From Candidatus Omnitrophota bacterium (GTDB lineage Bacteria > Omnitrophota > Gorgyraeia > Tantalellales > Tantalellaceae): a DNA stretch of 61,187 bases. A program made the position numbers and the translations under genes. Below the pieces are notes generated by a model. The model was not told the DNA's origin. It worked only from the letters and a program-made list of their open reading frames with translations, and did no database searches. Shown one piece after another: positions 45,423-54,884 of this stretch. The stretch is from NCBI GenBank assembly GCA_043822245.1, contig JBDRBY010000046.1, forward strand, positions 1-61,187, written 5' to 3'. Position 1 is the stretch's first letter; every line of letters starts with the position of its first letter.

Positions 45423-47774
45423 ATGGCAGTAAAGATTTGTGATTTAGCTAAAGAATTGGGTGTTAAAAATGAAGATATTTTGGACCAGCTCAGAAGGCTC
45501 TACGTGGAAGCCGAGGATGAGACAAGCGAGATAGACAATAAGATAGCGGGTTTGGTTCGTATTAAATTGGGCGGGGTGAAAGCTGTTATTAAACCGTCTA
45601 AGCCGAAGAAGGAAAAACCCAAAAAAGCCGTGGCAACAAAGCCTGTTAAAGAGTCGCCTTCGGATAAATCTTCTCAGGAATTTTCAGAAAAACCGGAAAA
45701 GAAAATTCTTGAGAAAGAAGAAATTTTTGAGAAAAAATCCGAGAATCAGAAGCCTAAAGATACGGTGGATGATTTAAAGGAATCTGCAAGCGGGAATTCT
45801 AAAAAGAAGGATAAAACAGTAAAAGAAACCGTGGAGTTTGATTTAACCGGTGAGAAGCCCTCGAAATTCAAGGTATCGAAGAAGCGCCATAAATCCCCTA
45901 AATTCAGGGCTGCTATAGAAATTGTGGAAAGAGCCCCTGGTGATAAAACCAAAAAGTCAGAGGCTGGTTCGTTTATGCCGGAAGTTAAAATTGCTTCCGA
46001 TAGGAAGACCAGGCCGAAAATAGCGGTACAATTTCCCATATCCGTGAGAGGCTTAGCTCCTCGTATTAATTCAAAACCCAATTTAATTATCAAATATTTA
46101 ATGAGTAGCGGTGTTGTTGCCAATATAAATCAGGATTTAGGCGAAGAGATTGTTCGTAAGATTATGGAATACTTTGGATATGAATTGGAAATCCCGAAAA
46201 CTATTGAATCCATGGAAAAAGAATTAGTATCGGACCTTTATGATACTGATAGGGCAGATCTTGTGCCACGGGCGCCGGTTGTTACTTTCATGGGCCATGT
46301 TGATCATGGCAAAACTTCTCTTCTCGATTACATAAGAAAGACCATGGTTACTAAAGGCGAAAAGGGCGGGATTACTCAGCATATTGGAGCGTATAAAGTT
46401 GAAACTGCCAGCGGAGCGGTAACATTTTTAGACACGCCGGGGCACGCGGCGTTTACCGCTATGCGCGCGAGAGGCGCTCATGCTACGGATGTGGTTGTGC
46501 TTGTTGTCGCGGCAGATGACGGTGTTATGCCTCAAACAAAAGAAGCTATAGATCACGCGCGGGCCGCGAAAGTTCCGATTGTTGTCGCGATTAACAAATG
46601 CGACCTTCCCGGAGCCAATCCTGATAAGGTTAAGGCGGACTTGCAAAAAGAAAAAATTGTCGCTGAATCATGGGGCGGAGATGCCATTATGGTAGAAGTT
46701 TCCGCGCGCACGGGTGAAGGAGTGAATCGGCTTGTTGAGATGCTTATGCTGGAATCTGAAATGCTTGAACTTAAAGCGAATCCAAAATTACGGGCCAGAG
46801 GTGTGGTTATAGAAGGAAAGAAAACGCCGGGCCAGGGTGTAGTAGCTACTCTGTTAGTGCAAAACGGGACTTTGCGCCCCGGTGATATAGTTCTCTGCGG
46901 GTCTTATTATGGAAAGCTAAAGGCTATGATGAATGATAAAGGCGCCAGGATAAATGAAGCTAGCCCCGCAACCCCGGTTGAGATTCTAGGCCTCTCTGGA
47001 GTTCCTGAAGCCGGTGAAGAATTCTTTGTCGTAAAAGATGAAAAAAAAGCGAAGACATTGTCCTTATTGAAATACCAGCAGAATAACCGCAAAAACACCG
47101 AGGGCAACCAGCATGTTACGCTTGAGGATCTGTACAGCCGCATCAAGGAAGGAAGCATAAAGGAGCTTCGAATAATACTAAAGGCTGATGTTCAGGGATC
47201 TGTTGAGGCGCTTAAGCATTCTTTGGAAGAACTCGCTACAAGCGAGGTGAAAGTAAAAATAATTCATGACGCGGTTGGAGACATTAACGAATCTGACGTG
47301 ATGCTCGCGATAGTTTCTAACGCTTTGATAATAGGGTTTCACGTTAAAATCAATAATCAAGCTGAAGAGATGTCAAAATCAGAAAAACTTGACGTTCATA
47401 TTTATGACATCATATATGAGGCTATCGCGGATGTAAAAGCCGGCATGGAAGGTTTGCTTGAGCCCGTGGAGCGGGAGATTTTTCACGGCAGGGCGCAAAT
47501 TAAAGAGATTTTTTCCGCTAAAAACACTAAGATAGCCGGATGCGCCGTTATTAAGGGAACTGTTTATCGGAGGGACAGAGTAAGGGTGAAAAGAGGCCAG
47601 GAAACAGTTTTTGAGGGAGAGATTGACGCTCTTAAAAGGTTTAAAGATGATGTTAAAGAAGTAAGAGAAACGTTTGAGTGCGGCATTTCGATAAAAGGGT
47701 TTAATGACGTAAGAAAAAATGATGTGCTAGAGACTTTTGCTATTGAAAAAATTGCTAGAAGATTGGAAAAATAA
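45423..47774 (+). CDS. infB: translation initiation factor IF-2
   Basis: VVTFMGHVDHGKTSLLD, DTPGH and NKCD GTPase motifs with a conserved C-terminal domain; 783 aa. Confidence 0.95.
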   Translation: MAVKICDLAKELGVKNEDILDQLRRLYVEAEDETSEIDNKIAGLVRIKLGGVKAVIKPSKPKKEKPKKAVATKPVKESPSDKSSQEFSEKPEKKILEKEEIFEKKSENQKPKDTVDDLKESASGNSKKKDKTVKETVEFDLTGEKPSKFKVSKKRHKSPKFRAAIEIVERAPGDKTKKSEAGSFMPEVKIASDRKTRPKIAVQFPISVRGLAPRINSKPNLIIKYLMSSGVVANINQDLGEEIVRKIMEYFGYELEIPKTIESMEKELVSDLYDTDRADLVPRAPVVTFMGHVDHGKTSLLDYIRKTMVTKGEKGGITQHIGAYKVETASGAVTFLDTPGHAAFTAMRARGAHATDVVVLVVAADDGVMPQTKEAIDHARAAKVPIVVAINKCDLPGANPDKVKADLQKEKIVAESWGGDAIMVEVSARTGEGVNRLVEMLMLESEMLELKANPKLRARGVVIEGKKTPGQGVVATLLVQNGTLRPGDIVLCGSYYGKLKAMMNDKGARINEASPATPVEILGLSGVPEAGEEFFVVKDEKKAKTLSLLKYQQNNRKNTEGNQHVTLEDLYSRIKEGSIKELRIILKADVQGSVEALKHSLEELATSEVKVKIIHDAVGDINESDVMLAIVSNALIIGFHVKINNQAEEMSKSEKLDVHIYDIIYEAIADVKAGMEGLLEPVEREIFHGRAQIKEIFSAKNTKIAGCAVIKGTVYRRDRVRVKRGQETVFEGEIDALKRFKDDVKEVRETFECGISIKGFNDVRKNDVLETFAIEKIARRLEK

Positions 47775-47776
47775 AA

Positions 47777-48763
47777 ATGAAAAAAACTATTCTCAGCGGC
47801 ATGAGGCCTACAGGTATGCTTCATCTTGGGCATCTTGTGGGAGCTTTAAATAATTGGGCAGAATTGCAGGAGAAATACAACTGTTTTTTTATGGTGGCTG
47901 ACTGGCATGCCTTGATGAGTGAATATGAGGGGCCTTCAAGCGTAAAAGAAAATAGTATTGAAATCATTAAGGATTGGCTTTCATGCGGCATAGACCCCGA
48001 AAAAAGCACAATTTTTATACAAAGCATGGTGCCGGAACATTTAGAGCTGGCGATGGTATTCGGTCTTTTGACACCTCTCGCGTGGCTTGAAAGGTGCGCT
48101 ACTTACAAGGAACAGCTCAGGGAGATTAAAGGCCGCCTTCTCGCGACTTATGGTTTTTTAGGTTATCCGGTTCTTCAGAGCGCGGATATCGCTCTTTATA
48201 AAGCGGATGTAGTCCCTATTGGAGTTGACCAGCTACCGCATTTGGAACTGGCAAGAGAGATTATCCGCAGGTTTCATTCTTTGTACGGGAAGAAGATATT
48301 TAATGAACCGGAACCCATGTTGACCAAGGTTTCTAAGCTGGTTGGCTTGGATAACCGCAAGATGTCCAAAAGTTATGGAAATTTTATTTCTTTGTCTGAT
48401 TCACCTGAAGTCGTGAAGAAAAAGGTTTATAGTATGTACACTGACCCGAATAGGACAAGCGCGGATATTCCGGGTAAAGTGGAAGGCAACCCTGTGTTTA
48501 TCTATCACGACATATTCAATCCTGACAAAGATGAAATAGACGACTTGAAAAAAAGATACCGTTCCGGTAAAGTAGGGGATGTTGAGGTGAAGAAAAAACT
48601 GAGCGTGGCTTTAAATAATTTTCTTGAACCCATACGCCGAAAGAGAGCGGGCTTGTCGGATGAATATGTGCGGGGCATTATAGCGGACGGAGCTCGAGGG
48701 GCGTCTAAGGCGGCCAAGAGTACAATGATTAAAGTTAAGGAGTGTTTGAAGCAGGCATTTTAG
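47777..48763 (+). CDS. trpS: tryptophan--tRNA ligase
   Basis: SGMRPTGMLHLGHLVG (HIGH region) and KMSKS present (RKMSKSYGN); 328 aa. Confidence 0.95.
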   Translation: MKKTILSGMRPTGMLHLGHLVGALNNWAELQEKYNCFFMVADWHALMSEYEGPSSVKENSIEIIKDWLSCGIDPEKSTIFIQSMVPEHLELAMVFGLLTPLAWLERCATYKEQLREIKGRLLATYGFLGYPVLQSADIALYKADVVPIGVDQLPHLELAREIIRRFHSLYGKKIFNEPEPMLTKVSKLVGLDNRKMSKSYGNFISLSDSPEVVKKKVYSMYTDPNRTSADIPGKVEGNPVFIYHDIFNPDKDEIDDLKKRYRSGKVGDVEVKKKLSVALNNFLEPIRRKRAGLSDEYVRGIIADGARGASKAAKSTMIKVKECLKQAF

Positions 48764-48772
48764 ATAAATACC

Positions 48773-49549
48773 ATGTCCTACAAAGTAAAACTTAACATTT
48801 TTGAGGGGCCGTTAGATCTTCTGCTGTTTCTTATCAAAAAAGAAAAAATTGATATTTATGATATTCCTATCGCTTCGGTTACTGATCAGTATTTGGAATA
48901 TATGAATTTGATAAAACTCCTGGATTTGGATATTGCCGGTGAATTTCTTGTAATGGCCGCGACTTTGATACATATAAAAAGCAAAATGCTTCTGCCTCAG
49001 GACGAAGTTGTTGAGGAAGAAGAAGAGCGGGATCCCAGGGAAGAGCTTATCGAGAGGCTCCTCGAATATAAGAAATATAAGGACGCGGCTGAAAAATTAA
49101 AGGATTTGAAGGAAAGAAATAAAGATATATTTTTCAGGCAGGTTCCCCCTGATAAAACTTCGATAATAGCCGAAGACGGAACAGAGTATTTTCAGGCGAG
49201 TTTGTTTGAACTCATTACCGCTTTCAAAGGGGTACTTAAGAAAGTTCAAAAAAAATCTGTTCATAGAGTCACGAAAAATAGATTTACTGTTGAGGATAAG
49301 ATTCACGCGGTGTATCATATTTTCGCGAAGCAGGAAAAAATTTATTTTTTATCGTTATTTCAGCAAGCTGAAGATAAAGATGAGGCAATAGTTATATTCC
49401 TGGCGGTATTAGAGCTCATAAAAAGGAGAGAAGTGCTTATCGCCCAAAAAGGCCTTTTTGAAGAAATTGAAATTATTAGAAATCCGGAATTGGTCCATAG
49501 TCTGGCGTATAGCGTTAGCGAGGAAAGGAACCCCGTTTCCCCCCTTTGA
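48773..49549 (+). CDS. scpA: segregation and condensation protein A
   Basis: FEGPLDLLLFLIKKEKIDIYDIPIA..TDQYL is the ScpA signature N-terminus. The last ~9 codons and stop lie in the repeat array. Confidence 0.9.
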   Translation: MSYKVKLNIFEGPLDLLLFLIKKEKIDIYDIPIASVTDQYLEYMNLIKLLDLDIAGEFLVMAATLIHIKSKMLLPQDEVVEEEEERDPREELIERLLEYKKYKDAAEKLKDLKERNKDIFFRQVPPDKTSIIAEDGTEYFQASLFELITAFKGVLKKVQKKSVHRVTKNRFTVEDKIHAVYHIFAKQEKIYFLSLFQQAEDKDEAIVIFLAVLELIKRREVLIAQKGLFEEIEIIRNPELVHSLAYSVSEERNPVSPL

Positions 49550-49693
49550 AAAAGGAAAGGACCCTGTTCCCCCCTTTGAAAAAGGAAAGGACCCTGTTCC
49601 CCCCTTTGAAAAAGGAAAGGACCCTGTTCCCCCCTTTGAAAAAGGAAAGGACCCTGTTCCCCCCTTTGAAAAAGGGGGCTAGGGGGATTTAAT
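49522..49693 (+). repeat. FEKG-type element: 30-bp tandem array (5 units) plus (+) cap
   Basis: GGAAAGGACCCTGTTCCCCCCTTTGAAAAA x4 plus one variant. Ends in GGGGGCTAGGGGGATTTAAT. Confidence 0.9.
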
Positions 49694-49781
49694 CCAAGCA
49701 TCCCCCATCGCTTCGCGAATCAAAGTGCCGGGGGCGGCAAAGCAGTTTTATTAATAGTCAAAATATTAACACGGTGCCCAT

Positions 49782-50330
49782 ATGCAAAACGTAGACAAAA
49801 TAAAAAACATAATTGAAGCTCTTCTTATTATCTCAGAGGACGGATTAAGCGCCGAAGATTTTAAAAAAGCGGTGCCTGATTCCGATATCAGCGACATTGA
49901 GGAAGGGATTCATCTTTTAAAAAATGAGTACGCCCTTCCCGCGCGGGCGTTTAATCTCGCGGAAATAGCCGGAAAGTATCGAATAGTGACTAAACCGGAA
50001 TATATGCCGTGGATAGATAACCTGTATCAAAAAGAAAAAGACAGATTAACCCTACCTGCTTTAGAAACCCTGGCTATTATCGCTTATAATCAGTCTATCA
50101 CACGTGCTGAGATTGAAAATGTCAGGGGAGTTAATTCAGGGGGGGTGATTAAGACGATTTTAGAAAAAGAACTTATCGAGATAAAAGGCAGAAGAGACAT
50201 AGCGGGACGGCCTCTTATGTATGGAGTTACTGAAAAATTTTTGAAAATATTCGGACTAAATTCCCTAAGTGACCTGCCGTCATTGAAGGATTTTAAAGAG
50301 GACGAATTGGAATTTGTAGCGGGGGGTTAA
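49782..50330 (+). CDS. scpB: segregation and condensation protein B
   Basis: IIEALL.ISE..L, LETLAIIAY.QSITRAEIE.VRGV and GRP..YGVT..FL..FGL; 182 aa. Confidence 0.9.
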   Translation: MQNVDKIKNIIEALLIISEDGLSAEDFKKAVPDSDISDIEEGIHLLKNEYALPARAFNLAEIAGKYRIVTKPEYMPWIDNLYQKEKDRLTLPALETLAIIAYNQSITRAEIENVRGVNSGGVIKTILEKELIEIKGRRDIAGRPLMYGVTEKFLKIFGLNSLSDLPSLKDFKEDELEFVAGG

Positions 50331-50344
50331 TGGTTTACGCGTTC

Positions 50345-50443
50345 AAAAATCCCCCTAGCCCCCTTTTTCAAAGGGGGGACAAAATTGAAAGAGGAAAGGA
50401 ACCCGTTCCCCCCTTTGGAAAAAGGGGGCTAGGGGGATTTAAT
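50345..50443. repeat. complete FEKG-type element: (-) cap, one unit, (+) cap
   Basis: AAAAATCCCCCTAGCCCCCTTTTTCAAAGGGGGG ... GGAAAGGAACCCGTTCCCCCCTTTGGAAAAAGGGGGCTAGGGGGATTTAAT, with ~32-bp terminal inverted repeats. Confidence 0.9.
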
Positions 50444-50492
50444 AAAGACAGCCAAAGTTCCCCCACAACCGCGGTTTAAACAGGAGCTAAGA

Positions 50493-51566
50493 ATGGATTC
50501 AAAAAAAATAACCAATTTCAGAAAAGAAATCAATAAACTGGATTCTCTTATAACTGACTTGATTAATAAAAGGGGCAAGGTTAGCCTTAACATTGGTGAA
50601 CTCAAAAAAAGTAAAAACCAGCCGGTTTACAGACCTGAGAGGGAAAGCCAGGTTTACAACCAGGTTACTAGAAAAAATCAGGGGCCTTTAACCGATGAAT
50701 CCATAAGGGCGGTATACCGTGAAATTATGTCAGCATGCCTTTCTTTGGAACACCCCCTAACGATCGCGTTTTTAGGCCCTGAACTTACTTTCACACAGCA
50801 GGCCGCTTTAAAAAAATTCGGTTCAAGTGTAAACTATCTTGCCTGCGATAATATTCCTGAAGTTTTTAGCGAAGTAGAAAAGGAAAATGCCGAGTATGGA
50901 GTAGTGCCTATAGAAAATTCTACCGAAGGTGCGGTTAACCACACTATGGATGTGTTTGTCGATTCTCCGCTTATGATTTGTTCTGAAATTTATTATCCAA
51001 TCAAGCACAGCCTGCTGAGCAAAAACAAAACTCTAAAATCCATTAAAAAGGTTTATTCCAATCCGCATGTTTTTGGGCAGTGCCGCTGGTGGCTTGAAAA
51101 GAATTTACCTTTCGCGGAGCTTTGTGACGTTGCCTCAACCGTTAAGGCGGCCGAGATAGTGTCCAAGATTTCAGATTCAGCCTGTATAGCGAGTGAACTC
51201 GCGGCAAAAAAATATCTGCTCAAGGTTTTGGCCAGGTCAATAGAAGATTCGCCTATCAATGAAACCCGGTTTCTTGTTGTGGGAAAACAAATGAGTAAAA
51301 TTTCAGGCAGGGACAAGACTTCTATACTTTTTTCAGTGAAGGACAAACCTGGAATCCTGCATGATGTACTGAGCCCTTTTAAAAAAGGTGGCATTAACCT
51401 GACAAAAATCGAATCCAGGCCGCTAAAAAAGAAAGCCTGGAAATATTACTTTTTTATCGATATGGAAGGGCACTATGAAACGCCCAAAATTAAAAAAGCG
51501 TTAAGTCAATTAGAAAAGAAATGTTATTTCCTAAAAATTTTGGGATCATATCCTAACGGAAGATAG
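50493..51566 (+). CDS. pheA: bifunctional chorismate mutase / prephenate dehydratase (P-protein)
   Basis: N-terminal CM (LRKEINKLDSLI..LINKR), PDT (IAFLGPELTFTQQAA; VPIENSTEGAV; TRFLVV) and ACT (TSILFSVKDKPGILHDVL). Confidence 0.9.
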   Translation: MDSKKITNFRKEINKLDSLITDLINKRGKVSLNIGELKKSKNQPVYRPERESQVYNQVTRKNQGPLTDESIRAVYREIMSACLSLEHPLTIAFLGPELTFTQQAALKKFGSSVNYLACDNIPEVFSEVEKENAEYGVVPIENSTEGAVNHTMDVFVDSPLMICSEIYYPIKHSLLSKNKTLKSIKKVYSNPHVFGQCRWWLEKNLPFAELCDVASTVKAAEIVSKISDSACIASELAAKKYLLKVLARSIEDSPINETRFLVVGKQMSKISGRDKTSILFSVKDKPGILHDVLSPFKKGGINLTKIESRPLKKKAWKYYFFIDMEGHYETPKIKKALSQLEKKCYFLKILGSYPNGR

Positions 51567-51575
51567 AAGTTAGAA

Positions 51576-51630
51576 GAAAAAGGAAGGAACCCATTCCCCC
51601 CTTTGAAAAAGGGGGCTAGGGGGATTTAAT
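51576..51630 (+). repeat. FEKG-type element: one unit plus (+) cap
   Basis: GAAAAAGGAAGGAACCCATTCCCCCCTTTGAAAAAGGGGGCTAGGGGGATTTAAT. An unrelated 9-bp-stem hairpin GACACATTT..AAATGTGTC follows at 51631-51661. Confidence 0.9.
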
Positions 51631-51763
51631 GACACATTTAAGGTATTACCTCAAATGTGTCAGAATGAAAAATTAAAAAACACAATTAAAAATCTAAAAA
51701 TTGATTTTTAATTTTAAATTGTAACTTTACATTTTTCATTTTTAATTGTACATTTACAAAACC

Positions 51764-52852
51764 ATGTGCAAAAAACATCTAAACAACATAAAACCGTACA
51801 AGCAGGGTAAACCCATTGAAGAAGTAAAACGCGAACTTGGGCTTAAAAAGGTTATAAAACTCGCTTCAAATGAAAGCCCCCGCCCTCCTTCAAAAAAAAC
51901 AATAGAGGCGATTAAGAAGCAGGCCGCGTCAGTAAACCGATACCCGGATGGGGGGTGTTTTTATCTCAGAGAGGCTTTGAGCAAGAAACTCTCTATTCCT
52001 GGAGACAATATTGTTTTTGGAAACGGGTCTGATGAGATTATTATCTTAGCGCTTCAAGCCTTCGTTAAGCCCGGTGACGAAGTTATTACGGCAAATCCCA
52101 CGTTTCTTGTTTACGGCATAGCCTCTATGGTAAAAGGCGCGCGGGTCCGCGAAGTTCCCCTGAAAAATTACAAATACGATCTTGAAGCCATGCTTAAGGC
52201 TGTTACCCGAAGGACCAGGGTTGTATTTATTGCCAATCCCGATAATCCCACAGGGACATATGTGACAAAAAAAGAATTGGATTTGTTTTTAAAAAATGTT
52301 CCGCGGGATATACTCGTTTTTATTGATGAAGCATATTATGAATTCGCGAGGGGCGGCGATTATCCTGAAACTTTGAGCCTGATTAAAACAGGAAACCGTA
52401 ACATTATAATCGCGAGGACTTTTTCTAAAGCCTACGGCCTTGCCGGATTAAGAATCGGCTACGGCCTCGCGGGGAAAGATATAGCTGATATCCTAAACAA
52501 GGTGAGAGAACCGTTTAATGTGAATTCTCTCGCGCAGACAGCGGCAATCGCGGCTCTGAGTGACGATTCTTACATGGAAGAGACGATAAAATTTATCAAG
52601 GAAGAAAAGGAAAAATATTGCGGTGTATTTAAATCATTAAACGTGGGATATCTTCCAAGTAAAGCTAATTTCATTCTTATAAACACAAAAAGGGATTCAA
52701 AAGAAATTTTTAACCGTCTCCTCGCGAAAGGAATTATCGTGCGGGAAATGTCGGAGTGGGGGCTCGATGGATTTATAAGAGTAACCATAGGCCTCCCGGA
52801 TGAGAATAAAGCGTTTTTTAAGGCGTTTAGAGAGATTGTTGCCAAAGTGTGA
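51764..52852 (+). CDS. hisC: histidinol-phosphate / aromatic aminotransferase (class II)
   Basis: LASNESP, GNGSDE, PDNPTG and FSKAYGLAGLRIGY (PLP lysine). ATG 51764 is preferred over TTG 51746. Confidence 0.85.
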   Translation: MCKKHLNNIKPYKQGKPIEEVKRELGLKKVIKLASNESPRPPSKKTIEAIKKQAASVNRYPDGGCFYLREALSKKLSIPGDNIVFGNGSDEIIILALQAFVKPGDEVITANPTFLVYGIASMVKGARVREVPLKNYKYDLEAMLKAVTRRTRVVFIANPDNPTGTYVTKKELDLFLKNVPRDILVFIDEAYYEFARGGDYPETLSLIKTGNRNIIIARTFSKAYGLAGLRIGYGLAGKDIADILNKVREPFNVNSLAQTAAIAALSDDSYMEETIKFIKEEKEKYCGVFKSLNVGYLPSKANFILINTKRDSKEIFNRLLAKGIIVREMSEWGLDGFIRVTIGLPDENKAFFKAFREIVAKV

Positions 52853-52854
52853 GG

Positions 52855-53130
52855 AAAAAATCCCCCTAACCCCCTTTTTCAAAGGGGGGACAGAATTGAA
52901 AAAGGAGTGGAAACATTTCCCTTCCACTCTTTGAAAAAGGAGTGGAAACATTTCACTTTTACCATTTGAAAAAGGAGTGTAAACATTTTCCTTCCACTCT
53001 TTGAAAAAGGAGTGTAAACATTTTCCTTCCACTCTTTGAAAAAGGAGTGTAAACATTTTCCTTCCACTCTTTGAAAAAGGAGTGTAAACATTTCCCCCCT
53101 TTGAAAAAGGGGGGCGAGGGGGGATTTAAC
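52855..53130. repeat. complete FEKG-type element, 35-bp units x6
   Basis: (-) cap, ACAGAATTGAAAAA, GGAGTG[GT]AAACATTT..CCACTCTTTGAAAAA units, then (+) cap CCCCCCTTTGAAAAAGGGGGGCGAGGGGGGATTTAAC. Confidence 0.9.
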
Positions 53131-53135
53131 ACACG

Positions 53136-53504
53136 ATGTTAAATTACAAACCAAACTTAAAATCAAAGGCTCAGCAATTACGAAAAGAAATGACCGACAG
53201 TGAAAGAAAACTATGGTCAAGATTGAGAGGAAAGCAAATTTTAGATGTTCAATTTTACCGGCAGAAGCCCATTGGAAATTATGTCGTGGATTTTTACGCG
53301 TCCAAAGTGAAAATAGTGGTTGAAGTGGATGGATCTGGGCACATGGAGGAAGGGCAGGCGCTAAAGGATGCACCACGAGATGAATATTTAAAACGTCAGG
53401 GATTAGATGTGTTACGTTTTGATAATTTGCAGGTTTTGCGGGATACGGATTCGGTAATGGAAGTGATTTATAAGGTGGTGGAAGGGAAGATTAAATCCCC
53501 CTAA
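53136..53504 (+). CDS. DUF559 (Vsr-like / PD-(D/E)XK-type) endonuclease domain protein
   Basis: LRKEMTDSERKLWSRLRGKQILDVQFYRQKPIGNYVVDFYASKVKIVVEVDGSGH....D..RDEYLKRQGLDVLRFDN matches the DUF559 pattern (LR.nmT.aE..LW..LR....kFrRQ.piG.YivDFyc...klviElDG..H). 122 aa. Confidence 0.9.
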   Translation: MLNYKPNLKSKAQQLRKEMTDSERKLWSRLRGKQILDVQFYRQKPIGNYVVDFYASKVKIVVEVDGSGHMEEGQALKDAPRDEYLKRQGLDVLRFDNLQVLRDTDSVMEVIYKVVEGKIKSP

Positions 53505-53660
53505 CCCCCTTTTTCAAAGGGGGGACAGAATTGAAAAAGGAGTGGAAACATTTCACTTTTACCATTTGAAAAAGGAGTGTAAACATTTTCCTTCCACTCT
53601 TTGAAAAAGGAGTGTAAACATTTCCCCCCTTTGAAAAAGGGGGGCGAGGGGGGATTTAAC
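53491..53660. repeat. complete FEKG-type element, 35-bp units x3 (paralogue of 52855-53130)
   Basis: Same caps, same linker and same unit types as the left copy. Its first 14 nt encode the last 4 codons and stop of DUF559. Confidence 0.9.
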
Positions 53661-53697
53661 TCCCCCCTCCCTAAAAAAAAACAACACAGGAGAAATT

Positions 53698-54714
53698 ATG
53701 ATTATCGTTCTGAAATCTTCCGCTACTAAAAAACAGATAAGCCACATTATAGAAAAGATAGAAAAACTGGGGCTTAAGCCATGGTTGTCCTGTGGCGTGG
53801 AACGTTCAATTATCGGCGTAATTGGAGAAGAACAGGTTGTAAGGACTCTGCCGCTTGAGGGATTCCCAGGGGTAGAAAAGGTTATGACAATTCTTAAGCC
53901 GTACAAACTGGCGTCTCTTGATTATAAAAGCACTCCCAGTGAAATAAAAATAGCAGATGGCGTGACTATTGGCGGCAAAAAAATAGTTGTCATGGCCGGC
54001 CCGTGTTCTGTTGAGAACAGAGCGATGCTGATGGAAACGGCCGAAGAAGTAAAAAAATCCGGAGCTGTATTTTTAAGAGGCGGCGCGTTTAAGCCAAGAA
54101 CAAGCCCGTATAGTTTTCAAGGTCTGGGGGAGGAAGGCCTGAAATATTTGAGGGAAGCCGGAAAAAAAACAGGCCTTCTTGTTGTGACGGAACTAATGGA
54201 TATTCGTATGCTTGGAATGATGGTTAAATACGCGGACATCATACAGGTAGGCGCGCGTAATATGCAAAATTTTGATCTTTTAAAAGAACTCGGCAAGATA
54301 AGAAAACCCGTGCTTTTAAAAAGAGGAATAGCCAACACTATAAATGAATTTCTTATGAGCGCTGAATACATTCTCGCGGGCGGGAACGACAACGTGATTT
54401 TGTGTGAACGTGGCATCCGGACCTTTGAAACTTTTACCAGATTCACGCTTGATTTAAACGCTGTCGCCGCCATAAAAAGTTTAAGCCATCTTCCTATTAT
54501 CGTTGATCCGTCTCATGGGACAGGCAGGTGGAATTTAGTGCTTCCGGCGGCCTTAGCCGCGGTTGCTTCCGGTGCCGACGGGCTTATGATAGAGGTCCAT
54601 CCTAATCCGGAAGAAGCGTTTTCCGACGGGGATCAATCGTTGCTCCCGGCTAAGTTCGCGAAACTGATGGAAGGCGTAAAAACCGTCGCGAAAGCAGTTG
54701 GGAGGACAGTTTAA
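53698..54714 (+). CDS. aroF: 3-deoxy-7-phosphoheptulonate (DAHP) synthase, type I-beta with N-terminal regulatory domain
   Basis: MIIVLK...I..I..KI...G (ferredoxin-like N-domain), then [41 protein letters not shown] and DPSHG motifs. 338 aa. Confidence 0.9.
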   Translation: MIIVLKSSATKKQISHIIEKIEKLGLKPWLSCGVERSIIGVIGEEQVVRTLPLEGFPGVEKVMTILKPYKLASLDYKSTPSEIKIADGVTIGGKKIVVMAGPCSVENRAMLMETAEEVKKSGAVFLRGGAFKPRTSPYSFQGLGEEGLKYLREAGKKTGLLVVTELMDIRMLGMMVKYADIIQVGARNMQNFDLLKELGKIRKPVLLKRGIANTINEFLMSAEYILAGGNDNVILCERGIRTFETFTRFTLDLNAVAAIKSLSHLPIIVDPSHGTGRWNLVLPAALAAVASGADGLMIEVHPNPEEAFSDGDQSLLPAKFAKLMEGVKTVAKAVGRTV

Positions 54715-54850
54715 TAATCCCCCTAACCCCCTTTTTCAAAGGGGGGAAAGAACTGAGATAAAGAGGAAAGGGCGAGAAGTTTCCCCACTTTGAAAAAGGA
54801 AATGGACCCGTTTCCACCCTTTGAAAAAGGGTGGCTAGGGGGGATTTAAT
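54715..54850. repeat. complete FEKG-type element: (-) cap, 2-3 units, (+) cap
   Basis: TAATAATCCCCCTAACCCCCTTTTTCAAAGGGGGG ... GGAAATGGACCCGTTTCCACCCTTTGAAAAAGGGTGGCTAGGGGGGATTTAAT. Confidence 0.9.
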
Positions 54851-54884
54851 TCAACCAATAGGAATTAAACTTAGAGGACAAGAT

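Larger units (their letters stand above)
52855..53660 (+). mobile_element. composite: FEKG element, DUF559 nuclease gene, FEKG element (REPtron-like)
   Basis: Two directly repeated, near-identical elements (52855-53130 with 6 units; 53491-53660 with 3 units) share a locus-specific 35-bp unit. They bracket the DUF559 ORF so that inverted caps abut its start and contain its stop. Confidence 0.45.
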
